Origin: Bugula neritina
Taxonomy: Eukaryota > Animalia > Bryozoa
Length of the DNA stretch: 64,000 nt
Reading direction: 5' to 3'
Assembly: GCA_964035545.1 (NCBI GenBank)
Contig: OZ037772.1
Location: forward strand, 10,352,818 to 10,416,817
Below, one piece after another: positions 1 through 14,100 of the stretch. The first letter of the stretch is position 1. Each line of letters begins with the position of its first letter. The position numbers and the translations under genes are program-made. The notes beneath the pieces are model-generated. The model saw only the letters and a list, made by a program, of their open reading frames with translations, was not told where the DNA came from and did no database searches.

Positions 1-425
1 CTCGCCCTTTCAGTGTAAATTAAACACTAAAGATCCCCACTACCATTATTTACCTTATAACTTAGTTTAATAGGATATTGTAGGGGTGTAGTGTGGCAAT
101 AATACAAACCCAGTTTTTGAAAATAATAGTGCCTTCACCATGTTAATTTAAAACATTATTTATAATGTGTTTTTATAACACAGATCAATAGAGTGAAATA
201 CAAGTTCATGAAAATGTAACAGTTTAAAACATAGGTATAGCTTACATACATATATACCTCAAATTCAAAAGTCAAAAAATAATTACTTAATTATGTTACT
301 TGAATACAGCTAGATAAAAAGTGTCATAAAAGTGAACAACGTTTATAGTTCTATTCAATATCTTGTTTCAGGTAGTTTTGCATATTAATAACATAAAACT
401 GACCTTTAACATCTATAAAACTGAC

Positions 426-3400
426 CTTTGAGCTCCACAGATGTTACAAGATCAAAATGTGCCAACCTAGGAACCTCTTCTGTCAACAGTCTATCAATCT
501 CCTTCTTCATATCACGATATGACTTGATGATGTCAACCTAACAGTATCATATATAATACAGATATTGTGACATTATGTAACAGGTGTTTGGAAGGTATAT
601 AGTTATAGTTATGGAGAATGGCAGTGCTGAGAATGAACAATGAAATCAACAACAATTCTATATTTGACACCAACAAAACCATCTAAAAACAGCAGTGCAA
701 TGCAAAATATTGAAGGATAGAGATTGCTATGCTGTATTAGGGAAACAGACTATACTGCCAACTATAAATGGGTAAGGTTTATTCTAATAAACTGTACCTT
801 AAGGGAGCACAGATTTCAAAGCTGACGCTAATGTGCAGTGGGCTATGCTATTAAATACAGTATACTATAAATATAGCATTATACAGTATCATATAGTATT
901 ATACTGCAGTATTCTATGATACTATACAATATTCTATGGTATTATACAATATCATATAGTGTTGCGTAGTGTCCTATGGTACTATACAGTATGCTATGAT
1001 ATTAAGAGTACTATGGTATTATTGTATTATACAGTATCTTACGGTATTATAATGCAGTGTCATATAGTGTTAGTACACTGGGTACCTTGCAGACCGACAG
1101 CAAATAAAATGGAATACTCTGGTGACTGGAGGCCACTCTGTAAAACTTAACTTGGGCTGAGCCACAATGACAGCATTTTTCAAATTACTTCATTCCAAAT
1201 TGTTATAAATCATTACACAATGAAGTCCCATTAACTACTCCAGGCTGCATGTTTTAGCATGTACACAAAGATACATGTATTTAAAAAGTATTTTTTCCAC
1301 TCTAATTTATATATCTGATCGAGCAACATAATTTTATGTTTATGCCTTTGAGGGTGGCATAAATGTTGGACAGTCCTGTGTTATACAGCATGATATGTTA
1401 TAGTACAGTTCCATTACTGCCTTTATTGGTTATTACCTAATTCATTTTCTACTTATGTACTCTTTAGATGTTATTTACAGATAGAGAAACAATGAATATA
1501 GAATTTATATAAAGACATTGAAATATATAAAAATTCTACAGATCTTAACATCTACTATATATGCTCTACAACTAACCTCATGACTTTGGTCTAACTTAGC
1601 CTCTATTCCTGTTCTGTGATTATACAGCTCACAATATCTAGCCCCAACTTCCTCTACCATGAAATTCACTGCTCGACTCTCAGTCTTTTCTCTCTTCTCC
1701 ACCAGTTCTTTCTCCAGTTTGTCATACTTCTGTTGAATAGCTGCTATCTAAATACATTCACATTAAATGTTAGACAAGTTAGAATAGTTTGAGGAGTGTC
1801 TGAGTGTATAACCATCTTGCATCTACCAAAAAGGTAGCTTATCTCAGATGATTATAAAAAAAGCTATAAACAAACTCTCACAGTTTCTATATGATCTTTA
1901 TAATTATGAAATTTAAAAACCATGTGTAATAATCACCTGATCATCACGCTGTTTACATAGCATCCCCAGTAGCTTCTCGGTTTCAGCTCTAAACTCATCA
2001 ATGTTTGCACCTATCTGTTTGTAATAACCAGATAAGTTGTCTTCTCTTGTCTTCAACTTTGTGACTTCCACCAGCAGCATTGTTAAATCTTTCAATGTCA
2101 AGAGTGTGTGCTGTGATGTACCTAAAGTAATATATACAAAGTAATGTATAAGCTGTTGTGTAACTGAATCATGTAATATATATATCGCAAGTAAACAGAA
2201 GAATAGACACTTACCATCATCACATACACCAGCTGTAGGTACACACTGAGTACAGAGTAGTTTGAGACAGACTTTACAACCCAAAGTATACTCTACGTCT
2301 GCATGCGTCTCACACATTCTCTTCTCTAACTTAGCAGCGCGAGCTTTATACTCTGTCATATTAATTCTAGAATGTTCTTCAGCCACAATATCATGATCCT
2401 ACAACAAAGCTATGTTATAGAGTAGTACTTAATTTATTGATGACATTATATATAAAACAGCATGTATGTATCTTAATGGCTACGTCATGATGCTATGATG
2501 TAGAAGGTATACACCCAAAATTGCATAACTCATTCAAAAAATATATAAAGCCATATATTGCACAGCATAGCACGTTATAGTGCCATGAATGTTATAATTA
2601 GCTAGTCTTGAGAGTTGTATGTACACTTGATCATGACTTTATCCAACGTATAACAACTCAAACTATGATTTTTGCTGATCAATATATTCCAAAATTTAAA
2701 TTCATGTGAAAAAATAAATGATAACGAATGAAATATTTCATTTACCAAGCTCAAAAGTTATTTTATCAAATATTGCAGAGTTTTTTTGTGAAACCAATAA
2801 ACTGTTTGTCAGTAAAACATAATAAAACCCAGAGGTTTTGAGTTAATATTATTTTGAAACATGGCCAGTTGCTACAGCCATCCAGTTATACAACACATAA
2901 GGGAAACATGCAGAAAGAAATTAAAGAGTGCTAACTTACAATGACGTGTTTAGCACAGTACAGTTTGGAACACACTAAACAATACACCATAGCAGGTGTA
3001 TTATTCACTCCTGACGTTGTACAGACTTCACAAAGTATAGACTTATTTATCTGTTTCACCTGGTCTGCTGTTGGTAACTTATCAGGTGTTGTATTGAACA
3101 CTTGCCTGTAACATGAATGGTAAATTTATTGTTGATGGATCATCAATTAGCCGCATAGCATACAGTATTTAATATCCTACGTTCATAGCATAATTGGCTC
3201 TGTTCCACCTTGTGATATTATATTAACTGTAATATATACTAGACAGTAGACGTAGCGAAAACCACATCGCAAATATTTTGACATAAACCTACCGACATAT
3301 TCCACATTTAAGAGCATTCAGCCTGCCATAGAATTCATTCAAACACTTGTCACAGTGTGGGTGAGTACAAGGCAGTGCCTTACATTCTTCTAACTTGAGT

Positions 3401-3450
3401 TCAGATAAACAAATAGTACATCTCACCATTTGTTGAGGTTTAGATGCCAT
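426..3450 (-). CDS. TRIM/RBCC E3 ubiquitin ligase-like protein (RING, B-box1, B-box2, coiled coil), 3' end incomplete (probably continues beyond window start)
   Basis: Coding exons 3293-3450, 2940-3105, 2215-2398, 1937-2121, 1577-1747, 426-537, all GT-AG and phase-consistent. RING C3HC4: CTIC..CTHPHCDKC..CGIC. B-box1: CEVC..CLVC..CAKH. B-box2: CETH..CKVC..CTQC. Helical coiled-coil region follows. No stop reached; no open next exon found in 1-425. Likely 5'UTR exon ends at a GTGAGT donor near 4009. Confidence 0.88.
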
Positions 3451-4136
3451 TTTGTTCTACAATTACACCATATTAGGATGACACAATCATATTGATCACA
3501 ATGATGTCACATCAGTTACCAATACCCATACAAGTGGATAACAAGAGAATTAAAAAAGATTTGGGCATTGCCCAAGTTCCAAGAACAGCAAACAATTCTA
3601 TCATCAACTATCTGATATTATTATCGAACTATTTACATCTACATCTAGCAAGGGCTGACACTGGACTTGGTAGTAACTTTGCGTTTAAGGCTGTCGTCAT
3701 TTCGACTGCAGTGTTAACCAACTTACAGTTAGTGAGTCATTAACATTCAACCTATTATTGTTAAAGTTAATAATTAATTCATTATGAAAATTACAATACC
3801 TTTATCATTCATTTTTATATTAGTTAAGTGAGACTGAGAGCAAGCATTGCAATCTGCCAGTCACAATCACAATGACAATCACAGTGGCAATCTTGTATTT
3901 TTAAAACTAATGACAATGTGATGGATGATTACAGTTAATGTTATAACCATAATCCTAATAGCTAAAGGTAGAAGTTGAATGTCAATATGGTAAATTAAAA
4001 TTGACTCACCAAAAAAGTGTTCGCTGAGTGACTCAGGTTCTTCAATTATAATAGTAATTGTGTTCAATCGAATGGATATGATTGACCTACTTCTAGTTCT
4101 ACTCAAAACTGCTTTGCAAGCTGCTGCGAGGAAGTT

Positions 4137-4191
4137 GAAAATGAAACTGCGCTACAGATGAGTAATAGAAATTTCCCGAGTTGGAAATTTT
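4137..4191. promoter_or_regulatory. Putative ISRE/IRF element plus kB-like site near the 5' end of TRIM gene 1
   Basis: GAAAATGAAACT at 4137-4148 matches GAAANNGAAACT exactly. GGGAAATTTC on the minus strand at 4168-4177 and GGAAATTTT at 4183-4191 form an inverted pair. Motif match only. Confidence 0.45.
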
Positions 4192-5135
4192 ACGTACTAT
4201 AGATAAAGTCTGCAAAACAGACGGTACTGAAATATTTGTTTACTCATACTAATTCCGATGTTACATTAGCCGAAAGTTGTGCTGCCTTCGACGCAATAGC
4301 GATGTGAAGAGGAGATTACTCTTATACTACAATTCCTTCTCAATAGCCATACAATAACTATTATCCATCAGTTATTAAAAGCTGATGGTTACACATTTCT
4401 TTATTCAAAATCTTAAGCATCCGTAAAAATTGTTTATTAGATTGCATTGGGAGCTGCATATTTTAAGAGGAGTAAAATGTTTGGCCAAAAAAGTCACAAA
4501 TCTGCGCATTAACCCTCTAACACTGACCTGCACCTTTCTCTATTACTGCAATGAGTTATACTATATTATAGACTTGAAATAAATTGTAGAGTGAGTGGAT
4601 TCGGTAAATCATTTTCTTTAATTGGCTTTGCATTTTATATGCCAAATATTTTCTTGCTTAGTCACATCAAATGATATAGTATGACTATAACGAGTAGCAT
4701 GTGATGGCGAAGGTATATAGAAGCTTATAAGATTTATAAACAGGTATTTTATAGTTGTGTATTTTACTTTTTATATCAAAAGCATATCATGTAACCTGCC
4801 AGTATATTAACATATCCCAATCGTTGTCACATACTGGAGACCATAATAAACCAACAACTAGTAAAATGAAACTTGCTTATCATTGTCATTTGTCATCATT
4901 GACCTAGTTTAAATACAAACCAATCAGAATTGATTTAAATACTGAGATTTATTTACAATAATACAGAAGTCATAAACTCTAAATGATAAAAACTATAGTA
5001 GGCTATATAATATAACTATAATAAATTATTCAGCACTTTGACACAATGTCCGCTGTGACTTAGTGCACTCTGTTTATCACACTGACTAGGTTGAGACGGG
5101 TACAAGTTACTCATACAGTACAATACTAGATAGCC

Positions 5136-8100
5136 TCAGCTCCCCTTGGCTACTTTCTTCAACTGGTGCCACCACTCCAAACTCTTATTGTTGGTATTGA
5201 GAGAATGCTGAAGCTCTCTCCAATGTTCAGCTCCTCTCTTGTCACCGTCTGCACTGATGTACACTCTACCAACCACCTGTCAAGTAATGTCAGTGTGTGT
5301 TTATAGTGTGTGAGCAGGTGTCTAGCAGGTACCATGGATGGAGTTGACAGAACATCTGATGATTATTAGAAACTGAGCAAATAGTGACTAAATTACTGAG
5401 CATTTTTGTTCAAGATATTAATTATGACGAAAATCTTTTTCCCAAGTCTACCAAAATTTTGATGAAGATAAAATTGAAACACTAATTATTTTTAAAGTAT
5501 ATTCTTAGATAAAAGGCAACCGAGCATAGCAATATAACTCAAGTGTTCAAGTGAGTCTAAATGACTTAAACTCAGCCTTAACATAACTCGAGTTTCCAGG
5601 TTATGCTATAGAAATGTTGATATATGAAATAATACCTACAGAAAAGCGGAACTCCTTAATAGAAGCCCTCACCTCATAACTACTGATTTTCACTTTACAC
5701 AAGTCTACAACTATACTCATATCAGCTAAGTTCACATGTTGAGGCAGAGCTAGAACTATCTCTTGGTTGAAGAGTGGATTAGTAGTCACTTTGATGTTAT
5801 CTATAGTACGTTTCTTCTTCAACTTCTTTCCATCTTCTAGCACCGTCACTCTTACCGTTAGGCCTGAAATATTTTTAAAAATTAAGAGTTTGAGTATCTG
5901 ATAATTATAAAATATATCATCTTCCTATAAAATATATCATATATCTCTATCAGAAATTGGTCCCCACCATGCAGGAGTCGCACTACAGACTTCCGGCTTA
6001 CAAGTAAGCACGCTACCATTGCACCACAGGGGCTGTTGATTCAACTCAACAATACGTCCCACCCAGTTTTTTAAAACTCTGCTGGCTCTTCTACTACTGC
6101 CTCACACACCCCCCCCCTCCACCCCCCCTCCCCGGTCTTTCAATCACCTCGGATTACTATAACTACTATGACACTTTACGAGAGATTGAAATAACATGTA
6201 AAATTTTTGCCCCCACTAGGATTCAAACCCAAGGCGAGTCCTTTGGTTTGGAAGCAGGTATGCTACCATTGCACCACATGGGGCTCTCTTTTATTATTTT
6301 TTATATGCAATTCCTTCAAAATTAAACCCTTTTTACACTTGAAAACAATTTCAAAATCTGACTGTTAAGCATGGAACATATTATAAAACTTCAAAATTTT
6401 GATTATGTAATAACTATAAAATATACAACACTCTCTTTTATATGCACTTTAGTCACAATTTTATATTTTTTACATTGACACAAATTTTAAAGCGTGGGTT
6501 ATCTTTGAAGTTGCTTACCCAGTACTGCGATTTCGTCTTCTATGTGTAAATCTTTTGCTTTAGCAAAGAAAAAGGTGAGCGTAAGATTATCTTTAGCCTT
6601 TGTGCTCTTCACGGAAAACAGTAGCTCTCCGACATAATTCTAAAGGATAATTTGTAAAACATATATAATAATATTATAAATATATAAATAAATAGAGTCG
6701 TGTACACATATACACTTTGAAGCTCGCAGCATTTATTATATATTTACATTTCTTTTGCATACATTATAAACGCATTTCATATAGCTACATAGAATCGTAT
6801 TAATTTATGATGAATGCAATACACACAGGTGCATTACAAATATATAATGTAAATATTATATCAAATGTTATATTTATAATTATATGTAGTTTTATTTTAT
6901 TTAGAATACTGTATTCACTGTGTACTGTGAATTTTAAATAGTGAAACATATTCACCTCTTCATGGTCATGTGACTCAGGTAGACATCTGTCAATGTGTTT
7001 CTCTACGTATAATGACTCATCATGTGGTAGACTATTTAAACGTAGTTGGACAACTCCAACTTTCTCCGTCTTCACAAACTGATCGTAGTCATACAGGTGA
7101 CATAACAAATGTTTCCCTGAGAGATCATCTAATTGAAAACAGAACACCAGAGTATTGTTGTGATTCTAGCAATAAAAAACAGGGTTTCCTAAGCAAAAAA
7201 AAGAAACATGGAGACAAAAAGTAGGTTAATGAGTACATATAATTACTGCGGTGTTAGGATTACTGTAGTCCTTATAATGCAATGATTAGCATGCTAGCTT
7301 GCGAGCCAGAGATCTTTAGTTCAATTTCTAGAGGAGGCAAATATTTTACAAGCAATTTTAGTTTTTTAGTATAGTGTAGTAGTAATTGAGGAGGAGAGGC
7401 TTAGGGGCCAGGAAAGCCTAAACACTGGAGGAGTGAGAGAGGCTACAGCTAAGTTCTGAGGAACCAAGTGAGATCTAGTATTGAAATTACCCAGAAGCCC
7501 CGGTAGTGTGATACTACGCTAGCTTGCAACCCGGAAGTCTTGGATTCAGCTACCAGAGTAGGAAATGATATTACATTACCTTCTGTCTCAAAGAGGAAGC
7601 TCTCTTCGAACACAGGATGTTGTTCCTCGTCTGCATGTCTCGTCTGTCGTACAGGGGACTCAGAGCCGCTGACCAGAATAGTGAAGTATGGACTCTTTAG
7701 TTGAACGTGACAGTTGGGAAAACCTGAACCACACAGCAAAATCAGATAGTGTAATGAGTTACGGTTATACATTCATGAGGTTATTTAAACTACATTAAGC
7801 TGGGGGGTTGGATTCTGTGGAAAGTCAGGACTGTCTCCCAACTAGCTTCAAGCTATCAAACATACCCTTTTGCTTCATTTTATTTATGTGCTCCTTTTTT
7901 CATTAAATTAAGACTTTTTCTGTATTAACTGTTAGAAGCACTAAACTGACAACAACCTATCAGCCAATTATAGATTTACAAGACTTGGTCTAACCCACCA
8001 AATTCTATGATTTTTTAATTCAATGAATTTCAGAAATGTTTGCATAATTGAAAATGAGTTCAAAAATTCAGTAAACTTATGCAACATCTATCTAGAAGTT

Positions 8101-11100
8101 GTGGAATTACAGATAAGGCCTTTGTCATAAGTTCCCTACATAAATCATGCATTTAAGACATGCAGCTAGAACGTAGTCTTGGAACTATTATACTGGGGTT
8201 AGTGCGTGTGTATTTACTGGTTGCATCGTATACTTGTTCAAATTGAATTTTTTACAACAAAGGGTCACGATATAAACACACTTTATATAAAACTAATTTA
8301 CATTCTATAATTTATATTGTTAGAGTAGCTGGTTAATAAAACGATTATCAAGTAAACTAATTATGTTATTATAAGATAGAACTATAAGTCTACCTGTAAG
8401 ATCTGCCTTGTGAATTGTAACTTTGAGTAGGTTTGTGTCTTTTGACAAGAGTACAGTTAAATACAGAATTCCTATTGGCTCGTTGATATCTACACTGGCT
8501 TCCTCTTTAATCGGAGGGGCTCGTTCCTTCAACAAATGAATAATTTGTAAAGATGAAGTCTAAAGTTGCGTTTATACCTCTGCTGAAAAAAGTACCGAGT
8601 TTAGGTTAATAACGCTTTTCCGGGTACCCCTTTATAGTCAAACTTAAACTCGTTGAAATCATATTGATGCGGTTGCTCACTTTCTGAAATTGAAATTTGA
8701 CTCGCATAATAGCTATTTGATGCCCTTTGTAAATGTCGTGAATTAGTGAAGCGGAAAGCATAAAAGCGATAATTGAGAAAGCGTAGGCTATATAATTATA
8801 ACCGTATAAGTACGTTGTCTAATCGCCAAAGTAATAACTAAATAACGATGTTTACAAGGAGTTATTACTCCTACTCCAAAATTGGCCGATTAAGTTATCA
8901 CAGTACAAAAATTTCAACGGGTGGCTTTTACAATGCAATGCAACTCGGAGAAATTTCAACCCGGCCAAATTGAAATTTTGACCGAAAATCGTGAAGGTAT
9001 AAACGCAACTTAAGAATATTATTATGCATAAATTTATTTTTCAACTTTTAGGCAAATTTTACTTTTAGTTGACTAATGTGTACATATAGTTACCATAAAT
9101 TTAAATAAACATTGTTAAATAAATTTTTTAATTTTATTACAGAAAAATTATATAATCTATAATTAATTCTAATAAATAAAATTAAATCAAATGAATATAA
9201 ATTAATAAATTTCCTTATTTCATCTAAAAAAAATTTAAATTTTCTATTGGTATTCATATTTAAAATTGAATTGAATGAAAATTATTAATTAAATCTCTTT
9301 GACTTACAGGGATTTTATATAAAGCAGGATCAAGCCCGGTCATGTCAATAGAGTCCTGCATGCTGGTGCGTCTTCTAGCGAGTCTCGCTATAGCAGACGC
9401 GCTGTGACTCTCATCACTAGAGGTTATTGGGAGAGTAAACGACTCCTCATTTGCAGGGTTCAACGGAGTAGAGAATGGAGCAGATCTTGTACCAGCTAAT
9501 TTATTGTGTGACATCTCTGCAACATAAAACGTAAAATTTTATTTTTAGTTGAATAAAATGTATAGCTAAAATAAATTTAGATAAACATTATTAAATAGAA
9601 TTTTTTCTCTTATTTTAGAAAAATGATATAACTTTTTATTGATATTAATAAACAAAATTAATAAATTTAATAAGTATATAAATTAATAAGTTTCGTTATT
9701 TCAGTTAAAAAATTTTTTTTTTAATTTACGTTCACTTGACATTGCACATTTTATGTTCAATTTTATATTAGGCAACTATAAGTTATTCGATCTGATTTTA
9801 GGTAAAAATGACACCATTAAGAATGGCACAGGTAATAAGGGCACAAATGGAAAAGTAGAAAAAATGGCACACTGATGTTAAATTTTCCCAAACCACAAAC
9901 TCAACCCCCATTTCTAAAGCCCAAACCCTCATCCTAAACATTCAACTCAACCCCAAACCCTAATATTGAAAATGTGCCAATTTTACCTGTGCCAATTTTA
10001 TCTGTGCCACTTTTATCAGAGCCATTTTTACCAGACACCAATTTATCTATATTTAAATAAATAACATCATATATATATATATATATAGTTCAATTCATGG
10101 ACATTTTCTAAACTGTTGTGCATGCTTTAAACAACATTTCACTACAAAATGTATACTATATCATAATTTGATACTATATATTTAATTTAAAAAATTGGAG
10201 GAGCTATATATACAGCGCAGTGGTACACAATCTAAAAGCTGGTATAGAACTGAACAACAAAATAAACAATGTCAATGTAATTAAGTTCTCTGCTTATATT
10301 GTGTCAGTGTGAGAATCACATCAAAGATTAAAATAAATATTTAACTTTTATATTGTTAACAGATTATATTGGCTTTTTAATGTATTATTTGATGAAATGT
10401 TATGATAAAGTTGTACTAACTGATTTGATGTAAGGGTGAAGAAACTAATATAGCTCTGTAGAAATTTAATTTTCAAATAAACTATATTGAAAACATTACC
10501 TTTTTTGTCTGAGATGACACTCGTGACAGCTTGCTAGGTTATAGTAACACATGGGTTAATAAAACTAGAGGAAGATTAAAAGAATGTTGCAAAAATTCGA
10601 ATGTTGTATAATCTATTTGTAATAGTGTAGTGACTATTTTGGAAATTTAGATAATATAGAGCTGAGGTATAGGTGATTATTGAAATATAATTTTTAGAAA
10701 GAAAGAAGAAAAAATGGGAAGGGAATAGGGGAGTTGAGCAGTAGAAAAATTAATTTATGCTTAGACATGATAACTTTTGCCTAAATGCAAGTACATTAAC
10801 CCAATGAGAAAAAAATTGGCAGGTAAAGCATAAAAGCTACTGAAGCAATTTTCTTGTATATATAAATAGGCCAGCTTACTCAAAAAAACAACTGAGTCAG
10901 TTTACTTCATTTAGTACACATGCACCAGCAAATTATGACCTAAGATTAAAGTTTGCTCAAAATCCATTGAAATTTACTACACATGGTATTTTTATGTGCT
11001 GGCTTTAACTACGCATAACAGAAAAGGCTGGGAGGGGATTCCCCAACATTGAAGCACAAGTCATTGTCATATGCACTTAATATTCTATATGTGCGACCGT

Positions 11101-14100
11101 TACGAAAAACCGTAACGGTCCGTAACCAAAACTAGCTGAATAATTAGGGAAAAACATGGGAAATGAAGCAAAATTAAAAAGAACTTTGATCATTTAGGTG
11201 TATTTAATGGTGTTTTACTAGTTTTGGCCAAAAAACCATGTTCATTACCAGCTAAATTGTGAAAAATAGTCAAAAACTGAAGATATCCAGTGTGTACTAA
11301 ATTAAGTAAAATGACCCAACTACAATTTCTGCATTTGTGTTTGAGCAACTAATTGATGCGTTTCAAATTATTAGTAAATGAAACTGCTAGAAAATAACTC
11401 ATTTTGGTATAATTAAAAATCAGGGCAAATAAACAGTCAAACTAATAGTAATAAAAATTAATTAGCAAGCTTGTTTCCATAGCAACAAATTATTTGGATA
11501 AATCACAAAAGAGTTTGATTGTACTCGCTGTGAGCCAGATTTACCAGAAGCTTCCGGAAGGGGTCTTATGACAGGAACACTACTGGCCCTGCGAAAGCCT
11601 GTATTACAATAAACTGAATGGTAATAATATTGTGCAATATATTAATATTAGAATGTATAGACTTATTCACAGTTGAGGTATGAGGTTAGCTAGCTATAAT
11701 AATTACAGATATATATTTGATACATAATGATGTAATGAGTCACTAATTCAAATAACTTTAGCTAAGCTAAAAAAGGCGGTCTGTTATAAATGACCTTCAA
11801 CTATGACCTTCAACTATACACTTGAGCCACGTTTCCTGCATAAGGTGATTGGCCTATTTAAAAAGATTTACTCTATAAGTGGTTAGAAGGAAGCATGCAG
11901 CCGTGGTCTAGGGGTTAGAGCGTTTGCATAGTAAACGCGAACGTGGTGGGTTCGAACCCAGACAAAGGACATTGGTGATGTTAGGAAAAGAACTCAGTCA
12001 TAATTGCTCTTGTGTCCCATCTGAACAAGTCCTTAGTCTGATATAACAAAAACCCTTGCTATCAGGGGTTTCTCACAGGGATGGTAACTTTCAACTTTCG
12101 TGAGTTTTTGACTAGTTTCTGACAAGTGTTTGTATAGAACAAGAACAGAAACACGATTACTGTTGAAATAACCATGTCTCGATGCTTTGATGATAGAGCT
12201 TTCATTTGATGCATGAAGATAGTGTAATAATATCTTTCATTAATTCATTATTTAAATTAATTATCAAATAAAATTATGCTCTCCATAAATTAATTAACAT
12301 AAATTGATTATTTAGATAATCTATTAAATTATTGATAGATATGTGTATAAGTAATTATCTGTCAATGTGCATAGCTTTGCTTCAACTTGATATAAAGCCT
12401 CAAAAAGTTTAATGATGACAAGAGTACAGGGTATATTGATAACTGACCATTTATTTAGATTTGTGATTTTTGTGAAGTGTTACACAACTATAGCATTTTG
12501 ACTAAAAAATGGAGCCTTCCACACCATTGCATGTTTTGACCAACTTTCAAAATCCCTCGACTGAAATAGATTAAATATTTGATTAATTATATTAAATGCT
12601 TTTGATAAATTCTAAATAAAATTAAAGGAAGCTGCCTTTTAAAATGTTGCATATAAACAAAACAATGACTGAAGTTACTATCTGCTGTTTAAAATTCTGC
12701 ATGAGAGAGTTTGTTGCAAAAGTTTGGTAATCTTATATACAACACAATACTAGGCAGGAGTGTAGGGAGGGGAAGGAGTTATAACTGATAGATCCAAACC
12801 TGCATCAACAGCCAGTTGAATTCGCCTGTTTAATTCTGTTAAGAATTACACTACATGATTATATCTAATGATTTGAACTAGTGTTGTACATATATAGTGA
12901 CAATTCAACGTGTAAATGACATGAGTCAGTTTACTTCATTTAGTACACACCAGCAACTTATGACCTAACATTAAAGTTTGCTCAAAATCAATTGAAATTT
13001 ACTATACATGCTATTTTTATGTGCTGGTTTTAACTACACATAACAGAAAAGGTTGGAAGGGGATTCCCCAACATCAAAGCACAGGTCATTGTCATATGCA
13101 CTTGATATTCTATATGTGCAGACCGTTACGGAAAAACCGTAACGGTCCGTAACCAAAACAAGCTGAATAAACAGGGAAAAACATGGGAAATGAAGCAAAA
13201 TTAAAAAGAACTTTGATTATTTAGGTGTATTTATTGGTTTTTTACTAGTTTTGGCCAAAATACCATGTTCATTACCAGCTAAATTGTGAAAAACAGCCAA
13301 AAACTGATGATATCCAGTGTGTACTAAATTAAGTAAAATGACCCACATACAATAAAAATTATAGAGTAATTTAGATAAATTCTAAAGTAGATGTATAATG
13401 ACTTTTCATGTTGTTAACTCAAAAGCCCATTAAATCATATTTTACATGATCGAAAGTATAAAATAAAAAAATTTGTCTAATTTATACCAAGTTGGCCATT
13501 GGGATTATAGTTCAAGAGAATTGTGTCAAGTTTCTTAAGCTAGAAAACCTTTACGCAGATAAATATTCCATTTCTATTCACAAACTATTATATTATATAA
13601 TAATTTTATTTACTCCTAATACAAATCAACTTAGTTTTTATGTTCAATTTACTTTATAAGTTCAGTTAATAAACTATGCTTAGGCTATAAAAAGTGTCTA
13701 TATAGTTATCGTAACAGTTTTGCACAGTAATAAGGTTTTGTTACTATCTCAACTTTTACTGTTTTACATAACAGCATATATAGTTCTCATTTAGACCTAG
13801 CGATTGAAAGGAATTCCTATAGCCTATAAAGTTTTCAACTTGTATTTATAACTTCAGCCTTAGAGCTACAAAAATTTATAAAAAAATTTTTATTTAGAAT
13901 TTAAAATTTCCTAATTCCTTTCATTAATGCCTCCTAATGTGATTGCTAATAATTTAAAATCAATAAGTTGTACTAACCGGCATTGCCTTTCCCATACACG
14001 ACTGGAGCACTGAATCTTCTACTTCCACTCATTAGCCCCAAATCTGACTTCTGTGTCTTTAATATGGGTTTTATCTGTCTAGACTCTTCAGCCCCCATTT

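Noticed and set aside
1-60. Start of TRIM gene 1 exon 7
   Set aside because: Candidate acceptors give stops in the required phase; the next exon probably lies outside the window.
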